From Squalus acanthias (Eukaryota), in NCBI GenBank assembly GCA_030390025.1, contig CM059432.1:12028001-12092000 (forward strand): 64,000 nt of DNA, read 5' to 3'. Under the pieces are notes generated by a model. It had not been told where the DNA came from, did not search any database, and saw nothing but the letters and a program-made list of their open reading frames with translations. Positions 46,560 through 59,864 of the stretch are shown here, one piece after another. Every line of letters starts with the position of its first letter. Position 1 is the first letter of the stretch. The position numbers and the translations under genes are program-made.

Positions 46560-47194
46560 TATTTATTACAAGAGGATTTGAGTACAAGAGTAAAGACATC
46601 TTACTGCAATTATATAGGTCCTTGGTGAGACCACACCTGGAGTATTGTGTACAGTTTTGGTCTCCTTACCTAAGGAAGGATATATTTGCCATGGAGGGAG
46701 TGCAACGAAGGTTCACCAGACTGGTTCCTGGGATGGGGGGATTGTCCTATGAGGAGAGACTGAGTAGACTAGGTCTATATTCTCTCAAGTTTAGAAGAAT
46801 GAGAGGCGATCTCATTGAAACATACAAAATTCTTACAGGGCTTGACAGGGTAGATGCAGGGAGGATGTTTCCCCTGGCTGGGGAGTCTAGAACTAGGGGT
46901 CACAGTCTCAGAATAAGGGGTCGGCCATTTAGGACTGAGATGAGGAGAAATTTCTTCACTCAGAGGGTAGTGAATCTTTGGAATTCTCTACCCCAGAGGG
47001 CTGTGGAGGCTCAGTCGTTGAATATACTCAAGACAGAGATCGATAGATTTTTGGATATTAAGAGAATCAAGGATATGGGGATAGGGTGTGAAAGTGGAGT
47101 TGAGGTAGAAGATCAGCCATGATCTTATTGAATGGCGGAGCAGGCTCGAGGGGCTGAATGGCCGACTCCTGCTCCTATTTCTTATGTTCTTATG
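46560..47194 (+). mobile_element. CR1 3' fragment (inverted tail fragment at about 46400-46552)
   Basis: ORF 46622-47122 plus 3' UTR. Confidence 0.85.
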
Positions 47195-47544
47195 TAGCGT
47201 TTTTGAAGAGGGGCTGTGATGCATCAGGATTAGGGTTTTTGAAAGGGAGAGGGACAGTACCCGAGGAGAGAGAGCCATTTGCAATGTCAGCTAGCAGGAG
47301 GGCCAGCGAGGGAGGTTGGGTGGTCAGCAGTTTAGTGGGAATGAGGTCAAGAGACCAAGAGGTGATGGACAAGGTGAGGTTGGAGATTGCGTGAGGGGAA
47401 ACAGTAGAGAAACCAGAGAAAGAAACAATACAAACAAATCAGCACCAACAGGTCCAAGAATAAGAAGGGAAAATGCTGGAAATACACAGCGGGTTAATCA
47501 ACATCTGAAATCGGAAGGTTACTGCTTTGGATGATACCCTCAAA

Positions 47545-47775
47545 TATCTGAAATAAAAACAGAAAATGCTGGAAATACTCAGCAGGTCAGGCAGCATCTG
47601 TGAATAGAGAAACAGAGTTAACGTTTCAGGTCAATGACCCTTCGTCAGAACTGACCCTTCAGGTCATCGACCTGAAGCGTTAACTCTGTTTCTCTCTCCA
47701 CAGATGCTGCCTGACCTGCTGAGTGTTTCCAGCATTTTCTGTCTTTATTTCAGATTTCCAGTATCCGCAGTGTTT
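47545..47775. mobile_element. Short fold-back Penelope-derived element
   Basis: Inverted arms about 47545-47640 and 47660-47757; same family as 7997 and 19715. Confidence 0.7.
47616..47652 (-). ncRNA. Minimal hammerhead ribozyme motif (sense to the IMPA2-like intron)
   Basis: AGTT-CTGACGA-A-GGGTC-ATT-GACCT-GAAA-CGT-T-AACT. Confidence 0.65.
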
Positions 47776-48043
47776 TGAATTTGTACCCTCAAATATCTTC
47801 CTTTTTTCAGAAAACCGCTGACCCTGCTGTGTATTGCTGTTTTTAATTTGCGATTTCTGACACCCACAACTCTTCCTTTTATTTCTATGAATCAGTCCAG
47901 ATTGTGCTTTATATAAAAAATACAATGGGAAAGGGGCAAGAGAATGGGGAGGCGACACGGGCAATGATGGGGCAAATGGCTGCTGTCTGTGCTGTAGAAT
48001 TCTTTGCTTCGACAAAAATAAAACAGCAGCAAATGGTGGAGAG

Positions 48044-48234
48044 CAACGTTCTCGCTAAGCTGCGTGGCCGCGAGCGGTCTGGATTTCCCGCGCGGGCCGC
48101 GAGTGGTCTGGATTTCCCGCGCGGGCCGCTCGCTGGCTTTTACATTGAACAAACCGCGCAAGCGCAAAAATTTGAGTGGGTCGCGCAGCCAGTTAAAGGG
48201 ACTGCGCACGGAAAAAGAATTAGAGGGAACATTG
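48044..48234. mobile_element. hAT-type MITE (191 bp)
   Basis: TIR CAACGTTCTC / GGGAACATTG; perfect 8-bp TSD GTGGAGAG. Confidence 0.85.
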
Positions 48235-48369
48235 GTGGAGAGTCAATAAAAGATTGGAATTTAATGGTTGGGGGTGGGGGGGGATGCTGTTTAGGTACTA
48301 TTCAGACCAAATGAGCTTAATTCTCTTTTATACTTTCTAAAGCTCTTGATGAAATTATACTTTTATTAC

Positions 48370-49075
48370 TCATAGAGTCATAGAGTCATAACAGCACAGA
48401 AGGAGGCCAGTCGGCCCATCGAGTCCGTGCCGGCTCTCTGTAGAGCAATCCAGTCAGTCCCATTACCCCGCTCTATCCCTGTAGCCCTGCAAGTTTATTT
48501 CCCTCAACTGTCTATCCAGTCTCCCCTTGAAAACATTGAGTGTCTCCACTTCCACCACTTCCGTCGGCAGCAAGTTCCAGGTCCTCACCACTGGCTGCGT
48601 AAAAAAGTTTTTCCTCACATCCCCCTGTATCTCTTGCCCAAAACCTTAAATCTGTGTCCCCTAGTCCTTGTACCATCAACTAGTGGGAACAGCCTTTCCC
48701 CGTCTAGCCTATCCAAACCCGTCATAATCTTGTACACCTCTATCAAATCACCCCTCAACCTCCTTTGCTCTAATGAAAACAAATCCAGCTTCTCCAACCT
48801 GTCCTTGTAGCGAAGATCTCCCATCCCCGGAACCATTCTGGTAAATCTCCTCTGCACCAACTCAAGGGCCTTCACATCCTTCCTAAAGTGTGGTGACCAG
48901 AACTGGAATCAATACTCCAGTTGTGGCCTAACCAGCGCTTTATAAAGGTTCAGCATAACTTCTCTACTTTTGTACTCAATACCTCTATTTATGAAGCCCA
49001 AGATCCCATATGCTTTGTTAACCACTCTCTCAATATGTCCGGCCACCTTCAGGGACCTACGCACATTTACTCCCA
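48370..49075 (-). mobile_element. CR1 3' fragment
   Basis: ORF 48615-48875; very similar to the 28630 copy. Confidence 0.8.
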
Positions 49076-49232
49076 AGCATCTCGGGTTTTAAGCAGACAC
49101 AGGTTTTACTCTGCATTGAAAGGGTTCTGTGATAATCCAAGCGCATTGCCGTATCAGAAACAATTGAAAAAAGCAGTTTCAGAGCTGTTTTGAACATTGG
49201 TTAATATCTGCATCATTTATAGACATTCTTAC

Positions 49233-49341
49233 CCATGTGCTTGCACCTTAAGCAACCTCTCCATGTTATTAAAGAGCATCTTTACCGCTACAGGATCACG
49301 AATTGAGCCAAGTTCAGTTAATATCAGGGCCTTTGAGATAT
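49233..49341 (-). CDS. IMPA2: IMPA2-like exon (109 bp)
   Basis: cctag| DISKALILTELGSIRDPVAVKMLFNNMERLLKVQAHG |gtaaga. Confidence 0.95.
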
Positions 49342-49622
49342 CTAGGAGAGAAAGCATCAAATTGTTCAGCGAACTAACACCAGAAGCAGCATTGCCAGAA
49401 ACGAGCTCCCAGGTCCTTTCGCACGGCCCTGTCCTCTCCACATTGCTAGCACGTACCTCCACGCCTTGGGACAGGTGAGGTGCACTGTCCAAACATTAGT
49501 TGTAAAAAACTGAATCGTATGGGCCTGGGGACCAGAGTGAATTTAAACACTGTCCTTTTCATTTCTGCAGCTGAGTTTAAATGCAGCCCAGGGCGAAGGG
49601 ATGAAAACCTCCCTCTCTCAGG

Positions 49623-52600
49623 GAATTATCGGATTGTCGTAAAAACCCATCCGGTTCACTAATGTCCTTTAGGGAAGGAAATCTGCCGTCCTTACCCGGT
49701 CTGGCCTATATGTGACTCCAGATCCACAGCAATGTGGGTGACTCTTAACTGCTCTCTGAAATGGCCCAGCAAGACACTCAGTTGTAACACACCGCTACGA
49801 AACAAAATAATAAAAATGAAACCGGACGGACCACCCGGCATCGACCTCGGCACCGACTACGGACACGGCAACGGCACACCCAGCCCAGTTGACCCTGCAA
49901 AGTCCTCCTCACCAACATCTGGGGACTTGTGCCAAAATTGGGAGAACAGTCCCACAGACTAGTCAAGCAACAGCCTGACATAGTCATACTCACAGAATCA
50001 TACCTTTTAGCCAATGTCTCAAACTCCTCCATCACCATCCCTGGGTATGTCCTGTCCCACCAGCAGGACAGACCCACCAGGGGTGGCGGCACAGTGGTAT
50101 ACACTCGGGAAGGAGTGGCCCTGGGAGTCCTCAACATTGACTCCGGACCCCATGAAGTCTCATGGGTTCAGGTCAAGCATGGGCAAGGAAACCTCCTGCT
50201 GATTACCACCTACCGCCCTCCCTCAGCTGATGAATCAGTGCTCCACCATGTTGAACACCGCTTGGAAGAAGCACTGAGAGTAGCAAGGACGCAGAATTTA
50301 CTCTGGGTGGGGGACTTCAATGTCCATCACCAAGAGTGGCTCGGTAGCATGACTATTGACCGAGCTGGCCGAGTCCTGAAGGACAAAGCTGCCAGTCTGG
50401 GCCTGCGACAGGTGGTGAGAGAACCAACACGAGGGAAAACCTACTTGACCTCGTCCTCACCAATCTACCTGTCGCAGATGCATCTGTCTATGACAGTATT
50501 GGTAGCAGTGACCACCGCACTATCATTGTGGAGACGAAGTCCCGTCTTCACACTGAGGACACCCTCCATCGTGTTGTGTGGCACTACCACTGTGCTACAT
50601 GGGATAGATTCAGAACAGATGAAGCAGCTCAAACTGGGCATCCATGAGGCGCTGTGGGCCATCAGCAGCAGCAGAATAGTATTCCACCACAATCTGTAAC
50701 CTCATGGCCCAGCATATCCCTCACTCTACCATTACCATCAAGCCAGGGCACCAACCCTGGTTCAATAAGGAGTGTAGAAGAGCATGCCAGGAGCAGCACT
50801 GGGCGTACCTAAAAATGAGGTGCCAACCTGGGGAAGCTGCAACACAGGACTACATACATGCTAAAAAGCAGAAGCAGCATGCTATAGACAGGGCTAAGCA
50901 ATCCCACAATCAATGGATCAGATCAAAGCTCTGCAGTCCTGCCACATCCAGTCGTGAATGGTGGTGGACCATTAAACAACTAACGGGAGGAGGAGGCTCC
51001 ATTAATATCCCCATCCTCGATGATGGTGGAGCCCAGCATGTGAGTGCAAAAGACAAGGCTGAAGCGTTTGCAACCATCTTCAGCCAGAAGTGCCGAGTGG
51101 ATGATCCATATCGGCCTCCTCCTGCGGTCCCCACCAACACATAAGCCAGTCTTCAGCCAATTCGATTCACTCCACATGATATCAAGAAACGGCTGAACGC
51201 ACTGGACACAGCAAAGGCTATGGGCCCTGATAACATCCCGGCTATCGTGCTGAAGACTTGTGCTCCAGAATTAGCCGCACCTCTAGCCAAGCTGTTCCAG
51301 TACAGCTACAACACTGACATCTATCCGACAATATGGAAAATTGCCCAGGTGCGTCCTGTCCACAAAAAACAGGACAAGTCCAATCCGGCCAATTACTGCC
51401 CCATCAGTCTACTCTCAATCATCAGCAAAGTGATGGAAGGTGTCATCGACAGTGCTATCAAGCGGCACTTACTCACCAATAATCTGCTCACTGATGCCCA
51501 GTTTGGGTTCTGCCAGGACCACTCAGCTGCCGACCTCATTACAGCCTTGGTCCAAACATGGACAAAGGAGCTGAATTCCAGAGGTGAGGTGAGAGTGACT
51601 GCCCTTGACATCAAGGCAGCATTTGACCGAGTGTGGCATGAAGGAGCCCTAGTAAAACTGAAGTCAATGGGAATCGGGGGGAAAACTCTCCACTGGTTGG
51701 AGTCATACCTAGCACAAAGGAGGATGGTTGTGGTGATTGAAGGTCAATCATCACAGCCCCAGGACATCGCTGCAGGAGTTCCTCAGGGCAGTGTCCTAGG
51801 CCCAACCATCTTCAGCTGCTTCATCAATGACCTTCCCTCCAACATAAGGTCAGACATGGGGATATTCGCTGATGACTGCACAGTGTTCAGCGCCATTCAC
51901 AACTCCTCAGATAATGAAGCAGTCCATGCCCGCATGCAACAAGACCTGGACGACGTTCAGGCTTGGGCTGATAACTGGCAGGTAACATTCGCGCCACAGA
52001 AGTGCCAGGCAATGACTATCTCCAACAAGAGAGAGTCTAACCACCATCCCATGACATTCAATGGTATTACCATCACCAAATCCCCCACCATCAACATCCT
52101 GGGGGTCACCAATGACCAGAAACTTAACTGGACCAGCCACATAAATACTGTGGCAACAAGAGCAGGTCAGAGGCTAGGTATTCTGCGGCGAGTGTCTCAC
52201 CTCCTGACTCCCCAAAGCCTTTCTATCATCTACAAGGCACAAGTAAGGAGTGTGATGGAATACTCTCCACTTGCCTGGATGAGTGCAGCTCCAACAACAC
52301 TCAGGAAGCTCGACACCATCCAGGACAAAGCAGCCCGCTTGATTGGCACCCCCTCCACCACCTTAAACATCCACTCCCTCCACCACCAGCGCACCGTGGC
52401 TGCAGTGTGTACCATCTACAATATGCACTGCAGCAACTCGCCAAGGCTTCTTCGGCAGCACCTCCCAAACCCGCGACCTCTTCCACCTGGAAGGACAAGG
52501 GCAGCAGGCGCATGGGAACACCACCACCTCCAAGTTCCCCTCCAAGTCACACATCATCCTGACTTAGAAGTATATCGCTGTTCCTTCATCGTCTCTGGGT

Positions 52601-52775
52601 CAAAATCCTGGAACTCCCTACCTAACAGCACTGTGGGAGTATCTTCACCACACGGACTGCAGTGGTTCAAGAAGGCGGCTCACCACCACCTTCTCAAGGG
52701 CAACTAGGGATGGGCAATAAATGCTGGCCTTGCCAGCGACGCCCACATCCCATTAAAAAAAATGAACAAAAAAAT
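49623..52775 (+). mobile_element. Near full-length LINE (APE plus RT, CR1/L2-group-like), apparently single-ORF, inactivated
   Basis: VLLTNIWGL, VILTES, VGDFNVHH, PQGSVLGP, FADD; several frameshifts and stops; A-rich tail. Confidence 0.9.
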
Positions 52776-53984
52776 AAAATTACCATTTCACCAAGAATCT
52801 AACGTGGGTTATACCTGAACTGGGGAGTGCAAAATGTGAAGAAATTCTCTCTTATCAGCACGCATATCCCTCATTTTGATGAATATTTAAAAAAAATTAA
52901 GCCATACACAATAATGGGCTGGATTTTCCGATCGGAGGCTTCCTGCGGGCAGATGCCTCCAATCGGAAAAAATCTACGCACTTACCTGCTGGCTCCCTAG
53001 GGGGTAACTATCTGTATAGTTTATTCCAGAATATAGTCACACCACATAGAGAGATAGAGGTACAGGAAGAGGAATTGCTGACCGACAGTGAGCAGGGTAG
53101 GCAAAACCGACAGTGGAGGCAGAGAAGGAGGAACTGCGGCAACTGGCCTTGTCTAACAACTAGAAAAGAGAAGAGTGAGAGGTGACCTGATAGAGGCCTT
53201 TATGATGGCGTTCAATAGTGTAGACGCAGAGAAGATGTTTACCTTTGTGGGGGAGTCCAAAACTCCCCCCTCCCTATCTCTGTAATCTCCTCCAGCCCTA
53301 CAACCCTCCGAGATCTCTGTGCTCCTCCAATTCTGGCCTTTTGCACATCCCCGATTTTAATCACTCCACCATTGGTGGCCGTGCCTTCAGCTGACTAGGC
53401 CTTAAACTTTGGAATTCCCTGCCTAAACCTCTCCGCCTCTCTCCCCTCCTTTAAAATGCTGCTTAAAACCTTGACCAATCCTGACATATCTCTGTATATC
53501 ATAATTTTGGTTGATAACAGGCCTGTGAAGCGCCTTGGGATGTTTTGCTCTGTTAAAGGTGGCGATATAAATGCAAGTTGTTGTTGTTATACAAAATCCT
53601 GCTCCCCCTTCACTCCCACCTTTGTCAAGCTCACTACCTTCCTGTTCGTCAGAGTATCATCTTCAAGGTCCTCTTTTTCTAAACCCTCCTTGGTCCCGCT
53701 TCACTTTATCTGACTAATCCTCTCTAGCCTGCACCCATCGCTCCTCCAACACTGGATTGCCGCTCATCTTCCACTCCGCTATCAGAAGCTGATCCTTCAG
53801 TCACTATATCCCCTGCTATTTAGAACTCACTCCAAAAAGAAACTTCTCCTTTCGACTTCTCTCCTTCCAAATGTCTCTCAAGAAATTTTAGTTTTTAACT
53901 CCCATCTTTGACAATCTTTCTCTGCCCACCTCCCACCTGCCCCTGTAAAGTACTCGGAGTCGTTTTACCATGTGAGGTGCACCA

Positions 53985-54665
53985 AGATTCTTACAGGGCT
54001 TGACAGGGTAGATGCAGGGAGGATGTTTCCCCTGGCTGGGGAGTCTAGAACCAGGGGTCACAGTCTCAGAATAAGGGGTCGGCCATTTAGGACTGAGATA
54101 AGGAGAAATTTCTTCAACAACAACAACTTGTATTTATATAGCGCCTTTAACGTAGTAAAACGTCCCAAGGCGCTGCCACAGGAGTATTTTAAGATAAAAA
54201 ATTTGACACCGAGCCACATAAGGATAAATTAGGGCAGGTGACCAAAAGCTTGGTCAAAGAGGTAGGTTTTAAGGAGCGTCTTAAAGGAGGAAAGAGAGGT
54301 AGCGAGGCGGAGAGGTTTAGGCAGGGAATTCCAGAGCTTAGGGCTGAGGCAACAGAAGGCACGGCCACCAAAGGTTGAGCGATTATAATCAGGGATCCTC
54401 AAGAGGGCAGAATTAGAGGAGTGCAGATATCTCAGAGGGTGGTGAATCTTTGGAATTCTCTACCCCAGAGGGCTGTGGAGGCTCAGTTGTTGAGTATATT
54501 CAAGACAGAGATCGATAGATTTTTGAATATTAAGGGAATCAAGGGATATGGGGATAGTGCGGGAAAGTGGAGATGAGGTAGAAGATCAGCCATGATCTTA
54601 CTAAATGGCGGAGCAGGCTCGAAGGGCCAAATGGCCGACTCCTGCTCCTATTTCTTATGTTCTTA
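53985..54665 (+). mobile_element. CR1 3' fragment interrupted by an L2 3' fragment (54116-54432, - strand)
   Basis: CR1 sequence breaks at ttcttc| and resumes at |ctcagagggtggtg. Confidence 0.8.
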
Positions 54666-54868
54666 AGATGTCATTTTCTATCCTACATCACCTGGAATAA
54701 TACATGTGAACGGGATGGTAAATAAAAGGCAGGAAAGAACGACCAATAATTATCCATTGTCAATAATTCAATTACTTTCTTTTTTCTCGTGCCGCGAGTT
54801 CAAACTCTACTTAAATGGCCGTTTCGCATTTACATTTGAAAACATGAGAAGAGAAAAAGTTAACAAAC

Positions 54869-54977
54869 CTGTCTGATTAGATGCCTGAAGTTTCTGGCCA
54901 TTACAAAATGCTCCGTGACCTTTTCTGCCAGTGTATAACTTCTCTTCAACACAGCTATAAATTACACCAAGTTCCAG
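54869..54977 (-). CDS. IMPA2: IMPA2-like exon (109 bp)
   Basis: caatag| LELGVIYSCVEEKLYTGRKGHGAFCNGQKLQASNQT |gtttgt. Confidence 0.93.
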
Positions 54978-55109
54978 CTATTGGAAAAAAACAAAGGAGG
55001 AAATAATGTCATCAGCATCCTGGGGTCATTCAGCATCATGTGTAGACCACAAATCAACATAGTGATGTACAAAAATTATTCTCGGAAGTGAATGAAGGCA
55101 GAAGATAAA

Positions 55110-55993
55110 AACATAAGAAACATAAGAATTAGGAGCAGGAGTAGGCCATACGGCCCCTCGAGCCTGCTCCGCCATTCAATAAGATCATGGCTGATCATCG
55201 ACCTCAACTCCACTTTCCCGCCCAATCTCCATATCCCTTGATTCCCCTAGAGTCCAAAAATCTATCTATCTCAGCCTTGAATATACTCAATGACTCAGCA
55301 TTCACAGCCCTCTGGGGCAGAGAATTCCAAAGATTCACAACCCTCTGAGTGAAGAAATTCTTCCTCATCTCAGTCTTAAATGGCCTACCCATTATCCTGA
55401 GACTATGCCCCCTAGTTCTAGACACTCCAGCCAGGGGAAACAACCTCTCAGCATCTACCCTGTCAATCCCCTTCAGAATCTTGTATGTTTCAATGAGATC
55501 ACCTCTCATTCTTCTAAACTCCAAAGAGTATAGGCCCATTCTACACAATCTCTCATCATAGGACAGCCCTCTCATCCCAGGAATCAATCTAGTGAACCTT
55601 CGTTGCACTGCATCCAAGGCACGTTTATCCTTCCTTCGATAAGGAGACCAAAACTGTGCACAGTACCCCAGGTATGGTCTCACCAAGGCCCTGTATAATT
55701 GTAGCAAGACTTCCTTACTCTTATACTCCAACCCCCTTGCAATAAAGGCCAACATGCCATTTGCCTTCCTTATTGCTTGCTGTACCGGCACGCTAGCTTT
55801 CTGTGTTTCTTGCACGAGGACACCCAAATCTCTTTAAACAACAACATTTAAAAGTTTCTCACCATTTAAAAAATATTCTGTTTTTCTATTCTTCCTACCA
55901 AAGTGAATAACCTCACATTTCCCCACATTATACGCCATCTGCCACCTTCCTGCCCACTCACTTAGTCTATCTATATCCCTTTGCAGACTCTTT
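55110..55993 (-). mobile_element. CR1 3' fragment
   Basis: ORF 55204-55827 plus 3' UTR. Confidence 0.85.
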
Positions 55994-58344
55994 GGGCTGG
56001 ATTTTACCAGCCCTGAGGAGGCGGGGCTGCTCCCAACCCGCCTCCAACCAATCTTCCCGGGAGTCGGGTCCTCGATTTGCGCAGGGTCCTGACTACTAGA
56101 GGCGGGAAGAGGATTACAGCCACTTAACCGCCTGTTAACAGGTAGTTAACAGGCAGTTAAGAGGCTTTTTCCCATTTTGAGACAGCTGCTACAAAATTAA
56201 GTTTTAGAAAATAAATTAATAAATCTGGGTGGGGGTGGGGGGAAGAGAAACAAGATGCAGATGTTTTAACTCATGCCATTCTTGAACTCTTAGCATCACT
56301 AATTATCTAGGAATAAGTATATAGTTGTATGTATTTCTCAATCCAACCTTTTAGGACTGACTCTTGTCAAAGAAAGAAGGGCTTGCATTTATGTAGCGCC
56401 TTTCACATCCCAAAGCACTTTACAGCCAATGAAGTACTTTTCTTTAAGTGTAGCCACTGTTGTAATGTAGGAAACGCGCCAGCCAATTTGCGCACAGCAA
56501 GGTCCCACAAACAGCAATGTGTTAATGACCAGATAATCTGTTTTTACGTGTTAGTTGATCAACTCAAATTTAAAATTCTCATCCTTGTGTTCAAATCTCT
56601 CCATGGCCTCGCCTCTCCCGATCTCTGTAACCTCCGCCGGCCCTACAACCCTCCGAGAGCTTTGTGTTGCTCCAATTCTGGCCTCTTGCTGCGTATCCCC
56701 GACTTCCTTCGCCCCACCGTTGGCGGCCGTGCCTTATGCTGTCTAAGCCCCAAGCTCTGGAATTCCCTCCCTAAACCTCTCTGCCTCTCAATCACTCTCT
56801 CCTCCTTTAAGATGCTCCTTAAAACCTATCGCTTTGACCAAAATTTGCCGGGCCACAGGGAAAGGGCGGGGGAGTGGGGACTGGCTGAAGTGCTCTTGCA
56901 GAGAGCCGGCACGGGCTTGACAGGCTGAATGGCCTCCTTCAGTGCTGTAACCATTCTATGATTCTAAGCTTTGGTTCACCGGTCTGAATGTCTCCTTCTT
57001 TGGCTCAGTTTCACATTTTACGGGTGATGTGCTTTGGGATGTTTTACTACGTTTAAGGCGCTATATAAATGCAAGATGTTGTTACAAGTCTCAGTCTGCG
57101 TCAGGAAGATCAAAATGCCCCATAATTACAACTTAGGCCGTAGCAATAATCTTTATGATCTCCCACGGCAGTACATCCATCTCATTTTTATTTTGCAGTG
57201 GCCTGTAACATATTCCTACCACTCTCTATTTCCTTCTATCTTCCAGACTCCCCCTAACAGACTCTGTGCCGATGCCCAGTTCTTTCCTATGACCACCGTT
57301 TAAACCTTCTCTGATAAACAGTGCCATCTCAGTTTAATTCTCCCTTCCCCAGTGGGACAAGGATCCGACTCTTTGTACACGGTCTAGAGGCTGTCACCCT
57401 TATTTTATTCTTATACCATGTGTTCAGCTACACATTGATCTGCCTAATCTCCTTCCAATAGGTTCAGCACACGACATGGGGTGAGATTACTGGAAGTCCT
57501 TTTTTTCCTCCCCGATCTTTTTCTTAGCGTCTGAAATTCCCTTTGTAGGACCTCTATTCTCACATGAGCCATGACCTCCTTCTCAGCATCGATTCTATCC
57601 ACCCATTGGGTCAAGTCCCAAACCCTGGCACCTGGGGAGCAACACGCTATCGGAACTCCTAGTCATGCTTCCAAAGCGGCTATCAATCCCGATAACTATG
57701 TCGTCCGGTGCAACTACAATCTTACCTTCTATCTTAGCTGTTCCCTGTTCTCCTTGCACCACTGCTTGCTGTCTAGTGCCAGTGGCCTGCTCGTGGCTAC
57801 CGTCTCCTGCAGTTTCATCCTCGTCTACTCTTCTTAAATGCTCTAGAAGCTGCTAGCCCAAATCCTATTCTTTGCTGCACTGTTGCCCTCGATCTCGATG
57901 GCCACAGACTCATGTGTGGCAAAGAATGTTTAGTTTTAAATGTTATAAAGCGTACCTTTATCGACCAGTTCCTCAGCTCTAGCTCGCTGAGCTCCAACTC
58001 TCTTGAATAAGAAAATGATTTCATGCTGAGCCAAAATCTCACTCCACCACAAATCCCTGAAGGTTCCAGCCTTGATCTTCTGTCTCCGTTTTTATTAGCT
58101 GACCTCAGCTGAGGTGAGCAGATGGTTGCTACAATTAGCCTCAGTGCCTCTGGGCGAGAGGGGGGAAATGATCTGCTCCTCCCTCAATTGCTATCCAATG
58201 ACGGCGTGAGGTGAATGGCAGGCACGTTTTCGGTCAGGCTTGGCTGTGATGCTTCCCCCGCACCCCCCGCATCCCCCCAACCCCGGTCAAGTGGCCTGGC
58301 AACACGCACCGTCCATTCTCACACATGAAGAATGGCTATTCAGG

Positions 58345-58845
58345 CAGTTCAGAGACGATTCACACGGTTAATTCCTGAGATGAGGGGGTTGACTTATGAG
58401 GAAAGGTTGAGCAGGCTGGGCCGATACTCATTGGAATTTAGAAGAATGAAAGGTGATCTTATTGAAACATATAAGATACTGAGGGGGGGCTCGACAAGGT
58501 AGATGCAGAGAGGATGTTTCCCCTCGTGGGGGAATCTAGAACTCGGGGGCACAGCTTTAGAATAAAGGGTCGCCCTTTTAGAACTGAGATGAGGAGGAAT
58601 TTCTTCACTCAGAGGGTCGTAAATCTGTGGAATTCTCTGCCCCAGAGAGCTGTGGAGGCTGGGTCATTAAATACATTTAAGGTGGAGATAGACAGATTTT
58701 TGCAAGATAAGGGAGTGAAGGGTTATGGGGAGCGGGCAGGGAAAGTGGCTTTGAGCCCAAGATCAGATCAGCCATGATCTTATTGAATGGCGGAGCAGGC
58801 TCGAGGGGCCAAGTGGCCGACTCCTGCTCCTATTTCTTATGTTCT
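58345..58845 (+). mobile_element. CR1 3' fragment
   Basis: RT C-terminus and 3' UTR. Confidence 0.8.
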
Positions 58846-58998
58846 GATTCGGGGCAGGTACAGAAGGGCAGGCCGTGACAATGGAAGCGTAACCCAGGAA
58901 GGAATCAACTTCTTAAGGAGGGGAGGAAGTTGGGGAGGGGAAGGAAACTGACACGCAGTAAATGCCGTAAGTCCAGTTCATCACACAATATGCTTTAC

Positions 58999-59044
58999 CT
59001 CTTTCTTGACAGAAAATCCAATAGAAACTGCCACCACCGGTGCT
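58999..59044 (-). CDS. IMPA2: IMPA2-like exon (46 bp)
   Basis: tttcag| (G)APVVAVSIGFSVKKE |gtaaag; phases fit both neighbouring exons. Confidence 0.9.
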
Positions 59045-59864
59045 CTGAAACAGAGAATTCAGTGTATAATTCGGTTTTATATAGCAATGTTGCATTTCAT
59101 ATTAAAACAAGAGAAACACAATTGTTGGCCCAATGAAAAAATCTAACTGATACTTGGGTCATGAAATTCGGCTCAATGGTAAACATCCAGCGACAAATTT
59201 GCAAGAACATGCAGCTTTCAAATGTCCAATTTTGTTTCATAGTTGTTAATTACATAAGAATTTAATCCCCTGCTCTTTTCATACTATGTCAGCCATGGCT
59301 CGGTGGATCGCACTCTCAGAACCTCGGAGTCAGAAGGTTGTTGACCTGAGCACAAATTCTAGGCTCACTAGATTGATTCCTGGGATGAGAGGGTTGTCCT
59401 ATGAGGTGGGATTGAGTAGAATTGGGCCTATACTCTCTGGAGTTTAGAAGAATGCGAGGTGATCTCATTGAAACATGTAAGATTCTGAGGGGGACCGGCA
59501 GGGTAGATGCTGAGAGGTTGTTTCCCCTGGGCTGGAGAGTCTAGAACAAGGGGGCATAGTCTCAAGATAAGGGGTCAGCCATTTAAGACTGAGGATGAGG
59601 AGGCGTTGCTTAACCGGGAGCCATTGTAGGTCAGCAAGCCCAGGGGTGATGGGTGAACAGGACTTGGTGCGAGTTAGGACAGGGGCAGTAGAGTTTTGGA
59701 TGACCTCAAGTTTACGGAGGGTAGAATGTGGGAGGCCGGCCGGGAGTGCATTGGAACAGTGGAATTATGGTCATTATATAATGACGTTCTACCCCTTGTA
59801 CAATATTTGATATAAGTATGGATACATTATCCAGTTTTATATGTAAGGAGACGGTTTACATAGG

